A DNA stretch of 64,000 nucleotides. It comes from Hormiphora californensis. Taxonomy: Eukaryota; Animalia; Ctenophora. Below the pieces are notes generated by a model. The model saw only the letters and a program-made list of their open reading frames with translations, searched no databases and was not told where the DNA came from. Below are positions 12,201-21,902 of the stretch, in pieces. The first letter of the stretch is position 1, and every line of letters begins with the position of its first letter. A program made the position numbers and the translations under genes. The DNA lies in the NCBI GenBank assembly GCA_020137815.1, contig CM035357.1:6572001-6636000 (forward strand), written 5' to 3'.

Positions 12201-14105
12201 CGTCTCTCCAACACTGGTAAACAGTGATATTTCGCCGAGGGTATAGAGATAACAAGAAAACCTCCGAGAAGAGAGGGGTTGGTTGCTGTTTTCCGATAAA
12301 CAAGTTTTACCCAGGGTGGTGGTTATCACATTCAGTAGTGTTTCATAACACTCAGTAACATCATCCCCCTCTACAAACCTAACCAGCTGGAGGAGCTCTC
12401 TAACAACTGCGTGGGGAAGTGAAAACCTACCAATCATCTCGGTGAAGACAGCAGTATCAGTTGGGTTAGTTTCTCGGAGACACTTGGTAATGAGACACAT
12501 CTGCTGGTAACCCTGGTCAGTCTCCGGGCACTCTGCCAAGCAGCCTCATCAGCCGGGTACCAGACAAGGGGAATTGTTTGGGTACCATGGAGACCACCAT
12601 TAGGGATGTGGGTTCAGGAAGTCTCAATGTGATATACTCACGAGCACTATCACTCAGTTGGCAGTCTTGTAGCGCTCTACCCAGATAGACCTGCATGTCC
12701 GTGCTGCAAGGATCAGATATTTGTTGGAGAAGTTTCCAGTGCTTCTCAGGATCTGTCACCATGTCATGTTACAATCTTCACCCCTAACTCCTGGACACCT
12801 TTCTCAACGTCAGACACAGAAGGAAGGAGGGACTTCTAACCATAGTCTGGTTATTTCTCTGGTCTCCGGGCGTGCCTTTGTTACCATAGGAGACAGCCTT
12901 GAAGGGCCTGTTTTCGGACAGATACTGCTTCATCGAGACACAGTTGATAGAGAAGGTTGCCCCACTTCATGTCAACTCGGATATGAACAAGCAGGCTCTC
13001 CGAGGACCTGGCTAGCAGCTTTCCGGACACTTGATTTCCCATCATTGCAGTAGGTATTTTAACAGGGGAAGTGCCTGCTCAAAAATAGGGAAAACAGTTT
13101 CTGCGGAGGATGTTTTCAGAAGATCACTCAGCACAATCAGTGCCTTGGCTCTCACAGTCGGAGCTTTATCTGAGAGAGACTCTACAATTACAGTGTAAAG
13201 TGGTTGTAGAGAGTCGGGAGAGGTGATGTGAGATAGCTGGAAACACATTCTCAACTGCGAACAACCTGTGGACAACTTTCTTGGAAATGGAATACTCGGA
13301 AATAATCCAATCCACAATGGGATGAGCGATCAGGAAGCGACTTGATAAGTTGTAGGATGTATTCTTCTGTCTCTCTCCGTGGCCCTGTCCTTTCAGAGAT
13401 CCCAGTTAGAAGATACTGTAATTAACAAACTCGTATCTCCCTCAGATCCACTTAGGAGTTTACAGCATGTATCAGCGAGATGACTCTTTCCTTCCTAGGA
13501 ACACATTTAGTGACTCCTTCATAAAGAATTTTATCCGTTTCCGTGACGATGTAAAACTCTCTAATGCCCGTGGTGAGATACTCGGATTGTTCCTGAGCGA
13601 CCCAAGGATAGATTTGACTAGTCAGCCAGGTACTCCGTTCTGAGATTGATGCTCCACGAGATGAGATCAGAGATGTTATAGCAGAATGAACCTTCTCGAT
13701 AGCACCCTCCTCTTCACTCTCAGCACTCTCCAGCACCTCCAGGAGCTTCCCGTAGAGGACCTCATGATAAATGAGTTTCTGGGGGAATCTCTCACAATAG
13801 GTGGAGGTAGAAGGTGGAAAACAGGAGACAGGGGAGGGTGGACCCCTCACCTCTCACCCCACTCTCCAACACAATAGTGGAAGTGCACATTGTAATCGTG
13901 TCACGTCATCTCTAGTAACATTCCCCGCTGCTAGACTACCAACATGTTTCAGGGATTTGATGAGGGGCCTCTCTAGACCGAGGAGGTCAGGGGAGAAGGA
14001 CCAGGAGGAGGGCCAATCAAAGGAACAGAAATCACTTTCTAGGGTGGCTTCACACCAGGCTCCAGGGAGGGCAGATAAGGACAGACATTCCCTGATATTA
14101 TCCAT
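9210..14105 (-). CDS. NCAPD3: Condensin II complex subunit D3, apparently intronless, broken by several small frameshifts, with a long low-complexity C-terminal tail
   Basis: HEAT/Cnd1 motifs SDKAPTVRAKAL, VRSHAVLALGKISL, VRNNCLVILGDLVVRY and LLQADYLKWR are spread over consecutive or overlapping ORFs (13854-14219, 13452-13850, 13042-13317, 12517-12762, 10179-12539). The 9210-10064 ORF is inferred to be the tail. The start codon chosen follows an acceptor-like AG. Confidence 0.85.
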
Positions 14106-14296
14106 CCTGGAGATAATGTGGTCAGTTATCATGGGATAGGAATATGTGTTGTAGGTTGGTGGATAATTGGGGTTTGAAACTACAGATCTGGGGTCATTGG
14201 TTGGAAATAAAACACACAAAGTTTGTAGTCTAAAAGTGTAAATAAATTAAAACAGAGCGTCGTTAAAACCGTCCCCCAAAAAGTCCCCTAATTCTC

Positions 14297-16037
14297 TCAT
14301 TCTGCTTCCATGGTATTATCTTGTAGTATGTTGTATTTCCCTTCTGTCCAATGTCCAATTAGAGATATCTGGAATTCAGCCATCAGGTTACCAAGATGCT
14401 TCTGTGGAGGAATGTCATGGTAAGAGAAAAATCATTTGATGAAAAGTAACTACTGCAATGAATTAAATAATAAATAAATTAATTAATTAATTAAATGGGT
14501 ACTATAAGTAATGAATGGATACTAATAAGTATGGAGACTGTATGATATACGTACCAGTATGTGTGCTTGTTGGGTGGTGACTGCTTTCCCTGCTGTGCAC
14601 ACTGTGTGCTCTGCATCCAGAACTACAACACCTGGAAAAGGGGGATAATAACTTGTTGTACTTCGGCTATGTTCTAGAGTCTAAACTGAAAAATAACAAG
14701 GTGACTTTACAACTGTGATGTACTACTGTTAAAATGTACTACTGTAAAACTAGATATTTTCGAGGCCATTAATTTTCGCGATTCGATCAAAATTGACTAT
14801 TTTCGCGATTTTAATTTTCGCTAATCCCACTGCTACCCCCATTTCACGGTCCTATTCTAATTACGCCAAGAGTGCAGTCATCATTGCCATAAGACATCAG
14901 ACCTGCTTGGCGTAGACCAATGAATTGTGAGCATTTTCTCATTGCTGATTGGCTCTAAGAGATTTCTGATCTTATGAACCGATTGTCGTTGACTTAGTAC
15001 TAAAAGTAAAAAATGTGTCACCCTGAAATAATTTGCACGAGCTTTCTGTAAAAAATCGTCCAAAATATTTTCGCGGAATTAATTTTCGCGGATTTTCCAG
15101 CCAAAAATAAAGAGCGAAAATAAAAATCTCACGAAAATTAGTAGTTTTACAGTATTTACCATCTTTTAGTCGGGTGGGAAGACCCAGTTGTCTAAGTTGA
15201 GGTTCCATCGAGTGAGGCATATCAAGAGGCCCCTCCGGCAGCACAACAGTCTCAGTAGCAACAGTGCCACTTCGAGCAAAACAGAACTTTTTGTGCTCTG
15301 CGAACCATCCCTTTACAGTCTCCAGTGTCTCGTTAGTGAAGAGGAGGCCCCGTGATCCAGCCAGACCTGCTGCCAGTTTGTGGAGGGATGGTTTTATCTC
15401 AGCCTCGGGGGTTCGGCCCAGACCAACTGCCATGACCTTGTTACGGCCCATAAACAACCTAAAATTCAACAGTAGGTATAATATCGAGTTGAAGTTACAA
15501 TATACAAATCGGTTTAATCAGTACTAAAGTGCGTTTCAAACGACTTGACTTGAGATTCCTGGAAATTCAGGATTTCCCCTTTGTAAATACACGCGCAATG
15601 TGCCAAATTCCAAGAATTACGGGTCAAGTCGCTTGAAACGGACTTTAATCAGGTATAAATAAAGAAAAAGTTGTTACTAAACGAACCTGCTGGACTTCCA
15701 GGACTCTCTGATTTCCTTTAACAAATTATTTCTCTCGTTGTGAACCTCCACAAGGAAGATATTGGTGTACTTTTCAGTACACTCCTGGATATCTGTAACC
15801 AGATCTTTCTTTGTTTCGTAGGCCTTCTTCTTGGTTCGGGTTAGGGCAACTGAAGTGGGATATGACAGTCAAGCAGCGATATCAAGAAATATAACCGACA
15901 GGACAATATGATCAGTCCTACAGGACAAAAATTACAATTATGTAATCTTGATCTTCTATCAACAAGAGGGCATTATATTTGACATCGATTAAAAATTCAC
16001 AGCACTTACCGACTCGATCTCGCTTAGATTTAGGCAT
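14297..16037 (-). CDS. MRTO4: mRNA turnover protein 4 / ribosome assembly factor Mrt4
   Basis: Exons 16037-16010, 15849-15687, 15458-15160, 14631-14555 and 14401-14297 give MPKSKRDRVVALTRTKKK...RLFMGRNKVMAVGLGRTPEAE...GLLFTN...FARSG...HSMEPQLRQLGLPTRLKDG. Confidence 0.95.
14740..15154. mobile_element. Tc1/mariner-type MITE in a MRTO4 intron
   Basis: Termini TACTGTAAAACTA ... TAGTTTTACAGTA (TA-flanked), with repeated aattttcgcg subterminal motifs. Confidence 0.6.
15525..15646. mobile_element. Short palindromic MITE-like element in a MRTO4 intron
   Basis: Imperfect inverted arms taaagtgcgtttcaaacgacttgac ... gtcaagtcgcttgaaacggacttta. Confidence 0.5.
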
Positions 16038-16719
16038 CTTTTTACGCTAAGAAAATATAATTGATAATTACAGAACCGATAATGAAATATCATAATGTTC
16101 AAGAGCCTCAAAGAGCGGACTCTATCCAAAAGAGACCATTTCCAAGAGCGAACCACACCCAGAAGGGACCACAATCAAGCCCTTCGTTACCGGGGTACGC
16201 GTCGATCATGGAACTCGACCGTAGCACACTCCAAAGCCCAAAAGTGCGAAAGCCGGGGTACCGGTTCAATTAGTAAAAGCCCAAAAGTCAAAAGTGTGAA
16301 GTTTTTAAACTTAAAAAAAATCCGATTCCAATCGCGCGGCGCTAATTGTTTAAAGAAAACGCTGCAATTTGGAGCCGCGCGCTGAATTTTAGTATGCGCG
16401 GCGCTAAAAAAATCATAAGTTCGATTCGATAATTTTCAATTTTTTCTGTGTTTTCTGTTTTTTCCTGTTTTTTTCTTCTGTTTTTTTCTTCTGTTTTCCC
16501 CGTGTTTTTTTCCTGTTTTAGCGCCACCCCTTTTGCACATTGTCATGACTCCTTCATTTCAACTCCAATCAAAAAATTACCTTCAAGTTTTCGAAAGATC
16601 TTGTCGAGATCTACAAAAAAACTTGGGGGTCATTTTTTGATTCGATGCAAAGGAGTGACTGTAGCTTAAATTTCGTATGGCGTTTATCTGGTAGAAAATG
16701 TCAAGGCCTAACGGTTAGG

Positions 16720-16785
16720 CCCTAACCCCAACCCAAACCCCAACCCAAACCCCAACCCTAACCCTACTTTGGCCCTAACCCTAAA
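16720..16785. repeat. Degenerate interstitial telomere-like (CCCTAA/CCCCAA/CCCAAA)n tract
   Basis: ccctaaccccaacccaaaccccaacccaaaccccaaccctaaccctac...ccctaaccctaa. Confidence 0.7.
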
Positions 16786-16831
16786 AAACCGTTTGTCAGC
16801 ACTCACGAAACACCCAGATTTTAACGCTGGC

Positions 16832-16925
16832 CAATCAAGTCACGCCCACCAATCACGGCTCAGAACGTGCGGAGTGCTTCGCACGTTCTGAGCTGTGCAT
16901 GTGATTGGTAGGCGTGACTTGATTG
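16832..16925. promoter_or_regulatory. Palindromic CCAAT-box array in the divergent MRTO4/kelch intergenic region
   Basis: caatcaagtcacgcccaccaatcac-ggctcagaacgtgcg...cgcacgttctgagc...gtgattggtaggcgtgacttgattg lies between two head-to-head start codons (16037 and 17039). Confidence 0.45.
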
Positions 16926-17038
16926 TGCACGACTTGAACATTTCCGAGGCTCCTCATTTTTCGACATCGTCGTCGTCGCGTTGGTTGATGGTCCATTCCC
17001 CTGTTGACTCAGCAGTGTTGACCAACTCATATGTAAAA

Positions 17039-20000
17039 ATGATTATAGGGTCCGGAGAAGTAATGGAAGAAGAGGAACAGCACAACGACGGGGGCGAGTT
17101 TTCAGACTCTCCGGCCATTTCCGATTCAAGGTTGCTTTCTGACTGCGAGTTTGAGCCAGACATGGCAACAAGTGAGCTTTATGAGAGTCACACACCGTGC
17201 TTTTCTGGACCCGTCACGTATGTTGAGGTCAGTTGTCACGGATACCATGATATCAACAAAATTTTAATGTTTGAATTTCATTTTTTTGATGTTGATTTTC
17301 TTTTAGGATTGCAACGTATCGATGAATGATCTGCGAAGGAACCAGGATTTCTGTGATATAACGTTGATTGTAAAGAATGAAACGTTTCACGCTCACAAAG
17401 TTATTCTTGCTTCTCGAAGTCCCTTCTTCCTGGGAATGTTCAAGTCTAACATGGCAGAAAGTACCAAAACTGAGGTCACTCTAACAGGTCAGTACTGCAT
17501 CTTACACTATAGACCATAGTTAGAACTGTCTGATGAAACCAGATAACTGTATTACTGAACTGTGCAACACTGTTTACTTTGTTTGACACAGTGTTTATCC
17601 TACAGGGTTTAACGCCAGTTCATTCAAGCTAATCCTGGATTTCATGTATACCAATAAGATCCGAGTTACAGAAAGTAACGTACAGTTTCTTCTTCCCGCT
17701 GCATCCCTTCTTCAGATCATTCCCATCGTGGAGTCATGTGCTGATTTTTTAAAGGAGAAACTACAGCCATCAAATTGTCTAGGTACAAGCTTCGGGAGAC
17801 CAATGAACGAACAAGTTATCAAGTTTAGTAGAGAGAAAATTATCATTTTATTATTTCAGGTTTTCATTCCTTTGCTGATCTTCACCGCTGTGAGGAATTA
17901 AAAAAGGCAGCCCATCAATACGCAACACATCACTTTTGGGAGGTTCGTGTCACTAAACACGCCATTTTTATTACTTCATAATATGCCTTTTTTGTCTTCC
18001 CACTCTGTTTATAACATGTCTCTACACAGGTGTGTAGGCAGGAGGAATTCCTTAGCATTTCTGCAGAACAACTGATGAGCATTGTAAAGTCAGATGTGCT
18101 GAACGTGAGGAGTGAGGAAAAGGTGAGAACAGAGAATAACCATGGTAACCATGGTAACATTCCCATTCTAAACACCCTGATCTTGGGCATATTGTCCGTC
18201 TTCCCCGGCCCTGTTTCTTCCCTACTCCCAACATCAAAATATGTTGTATTTCATGGCACAATATCTCCAATACTAGGTATACGAGGCGATAATGAATTGG
18301 GTAAGACACGATGTGGAGGGGAGGAGAGGGCACATACCGGAAATAATGCAATGCGTCAGATGGTCTCTCCTACCACAGGGGTAATATACTAAACATTGTA
18401 AAATTTTGAGATATAATATAATTCTTTAGGTAGCACTGCTTGTACAACTTATAACACCCCCCAGTGTTATAAGTTTTCACTTATAACACCCCCCAGTGAT
18501 ACATGAAAACTTATAACACTGCTGCACTTCGAACTCCTTACTCCACTGTTTCTGTCACACTTAAAAACCGTTGGAAAGATAGGCGTGTACGAACTCCCTC
18601 TCTCTTTCTTTATGTCACACTCTCAAGCCGTTGCAACATCGAGATCAAGATAACAGTCACGAACTCCCAGACCCACACATTCTTTATCTCTCTCTCACTC
18701 TCGCTAATCTCTCACTCTCTTTACCTATAGATCTCAGGCGTTATCTTATCTCTGCCTGCTACCTTATCATGAATTCGTTCTATTGTTACGCCCTAAACTG
18801 TCTCTCACTCTTGTTTTAAAAATTTTACAATGCAATTTTATTATGCCTATTTTCGTTGTACCTGACGTCAACAATAATGTCCCAGATTCCTACACTTTTA
18901 GACCTCGCAGGCTCGGTCAAAAAGTAAAACTACATCACTCGCAGGCTCGTGAGGTAGTTACACTTAGTGGCACTCGCAGGCTCGTGCACTAAAGTACAAG
19001 AATCTGCCTCGACCTGTGGTCTCGGATCATTATTGTTGTACTTATAACACTCGACCTTCGGTCTCGTGTTATAAGTTTTCAGGTACAACTTATAGGCATA
19101 ATAAAATCCTACAGTAATTAATAGACCAGTCTACTTTTTGTGCTCGCTTTAGTGAGAATTCCAGGCAAGTGTTTCATGAATATCTTTATTATCTTGTGGA
19201 AAGACGGTGCCTGACCTCTGATCCCCCTCCCTCTCTCTACAGATACCTGGCCTCTGATCCCCTCCCTCTCTCTACAGATACCTAGCCTCTGATCCCCCTC
19301 CCTCTCTCTACAGATACATAGCCAAGGAAGTGGTCCAGGAGCCAGTACTAAAGAACCATCTTGCAGTGAAAGATATGATAATCAACGCTCTTATTTTCCA
19401 TTATAACCACCCTGACACATCAAAACAAATCAGAAGATTCTTCCCCCGACACCCCTCATCTCTAGTTGTGGTGAGTGTGTGTCATATTTAGTAGTGAGTG
19501 TGTGATATTATTTTATAATTAGTATCCCCCTCCCCCATTACATGGTCTAACTTATCAATTCTCGTCTCTACCAGACATCTGGCTGTATAATAGCTGGTCT
19601 CCGATAGTATCTGAATATATCTCTCACCTGCACATCTGATGTGTTTCAGGTTGGTGGTAAAAACCCGACAGTAAGGGACACTGTTGAGAGTTATTGTCAG
19701 AAGAGTAATTCCTGGAGACCCCTGGCCAAGTTGGGTGTCAAGAGGAGTTCAGTCGGAGTCGCCTTCCTCAATGGATACCTGTATGCTGTGGGTAAGTGTC
19801 AAAGAGTATTAAAATGTGTAGTAAAATTGGGTAAGTACTAAATGAGTGTCAAAGAGTATAAATGTGACAAATAAGCTCATCAAAGAGTAGGGATATATTA
19901 ATTGTTAATATCCCTACGCTGACTTTCTCTAACAAATTGTGCTCTTCACACGTCTTGTGCTCCTATCTTCACACACCCTCTCTCTCTCTCAATTCAGGTG

Positions 20001-21484
20001 GGTTCAGTGTAACATCCAGGCTAAGCTCAGTGGAGAGATATGATCCGGAGAAGAATGAGTGGACCCTGGTTGCCCCCATGTCTGTCTGCAGATCTACTAC
20101 TGGGGTCGGGGTTATCGGAGGTAGGTTCAAAAGAGAAAGGTAGGTAGAACAGAAATAACTCAGAAATATCTTAGAAACAACTCAGAAATAACTATTCCTA
20201 CTATTCCCCTTCCAGATAAACTGTATGCAGTGGGTGGTAGGGACGGGACTAGTTGTCTAGCAACAGCGGAGTGCTATGATCCTGATACGGGTGTGTGGAC
20301 CAACATAGCGCCCATGACCATGAAGCGGGGTGGGGTGGCTGTCGCTGTAATCGGGGATCTGTTGTATGCAGTCGGAGGGTGAGCAGCAGCAGTTGAAATT
20401 ATGAAATAGCGAACAGAAACTTAGTAACAAACCATAAAAAGAGCTCTAGAAACAGAAACAACAATAGTGCAATAGTGCCTAGCAACAGAAACCTAGCAAC
20501 AGACAACAAAATCTATCATATCCCGTTATCCCACTAGATACGAGCAGACCTGTTCCTCCTGCACTAACACAGTGGAGTCCTATAACCCAGAGCTGGATGA
20601 GTGGGTGAGATGTGCTCCTATGAACTGCATGCGGAGTTATCTGGGAGTGGGGGTGGTTAACAATCATCTCTATGCAGTGGGTGAGTTATCTGGGAGTGGG
20701 GGTGGTCAACAATCATCTATATGCAGTGGGTGAGTTATCTGGGAGTAGGGGTGGTTAATAATCATCTCTATGCAGTGGGTGAGTTATCTGGGAGTGGGGG
20801 TGGTCAACAATCATCTCTATGCAGTGGGTGAGTTATCTGGGAGTGGGGGTGGTCAACAATCATCTCTATGCAGTGGGTGAGTTATCTGGGAGTGGGGGTG
20901 GTCAACAATCATCTCTATGCAGTGGGTGAGTGTAGAAAGGAAGGGGCTATCTGCCCCCCCCCCCCCCCCGTCCTTGGGATATATCGTTATCACAGCTCCA
21001 TTTACTAGCTCTCCTATAATTGTGGACCCCACTCATTCTCTCTTCTTCACAGGTGGTAGGAATGGTGCCCAATATTTCAACTCGGTGGAGCGGTTTGATC
21101 CGGGTCTGAACCAGTGGACGGCAGTGGTATCAATGAATACTAAACGCGGTTTTGTGGGTGTTGGGGTGTTGAATGACTGCCTCTACGCAGTCGGAGGGTG
21201 AGTTAATTACTACAGTTCAGAAAATTACATGGTTTCCACTTTCCAACAATTCCGCTTAGAAAGTGTTTTCTTTCTCTTCAAAATGTTTCTACTAAATCCC
21301 ATATTTCATCCCCCATAACTTTCCACCTTGCATTATCATTATTCCCCCCCTCTCCACCACCAGGTGTGACGGACGAACAAACCAGATGTCAGTTGAGCGG
21401 TACGATCCCAAGGAAGACTGCTGGACTGAAGTGGCTATAATGCGGTCACGATGTAGCAGCCTTGGTGTGGCAACCCTCGGATAA
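17039..21484 (+). CDS. Kelch-like protein (BTB-BACK-six Kelch repeats; KLHL20/diablo-like)
   Basis: About 13 exons. BTB: [35 protein letters not shown]: LQPSNCLG...EEFLSIS...[17 protein letters not shown]. Kelch repeats with LYAVGG and VERYDP motifs. Stop at 21482-21484. The start may instead be 17063. Confidence 0.9.
18392..19113 (+). mobile_element. Dispersed ~720-bp non-coding repeat, copy 1 (in a kelch gene intron)
   Basis: Highly similar to 47917-48647. Contains repeated ctcgcaggctcg motifs and short hairpins (actcgaccttcggtctcgtgt). Family not identified. Confidence 0.85.
20634..20927 (+). repeat. 6 x 49-bp tandem repeat copying an exon 3' end and its splice donor
   Basis: The unit gagttatctgggagtgggggtggtcaacaatcatctctatgcagtgggt occurs six times; each junction recreates G|gtgagt. 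Confidence 0.95.
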
Positions 21485-21902
21485 CGACAATTGTGAAACA
21501 TAGATCCCTGGTGGGTCTGTTTAGATGCAAATGTAACTCTGAAAAGAGAGAGGTGTGTAAATAATGTGAATGGGTTGAAACAGTGTGGTGATGTAACAGC
21601 TAGTTAGTGTGAAATACACGGAATTGTGGACATATGTAGGAGGACAAGAAAGACATTGCTAAATGAGGGAATAGGGAGTGCTACATATAATGATTGAAAA
21701 GAAAGAGAGATTGAGAAGAGAGAAAGAGAGAGGAGAGAAAGAAAGAAGAGAGAGGAGAAAAAGAAAGAAGAGAGAATAATGTGATTATTGTTGCTGGATG
21801 CCTTGACAATAAGCTTTTACTGTTTTAGGTTTAATTTGATAACTCTTGTTTTATTTCCCCTCTTTATGATGTATTGTTAATTACAGCCCCTCTCTTATAG
21901 CA

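Noticed and set aside
6600-14105. Programmed ribosomal frameshifting or RNA editing to explain the broken ORFs
   Set aside because: The shifts have no shared motif or consistent context; sequence error is more parsimonious.
16720-16785. True telomere or chromosome fusion site
   Set aside because: Short, degenerate, essentially single-orientation tract in a gene-dense region.
20634-20927. Regular repeat array resembling CRISPR
   Set aside because: Head-to-tail units with no unique spacers, no cas genes, and a eukaryotic intron context.
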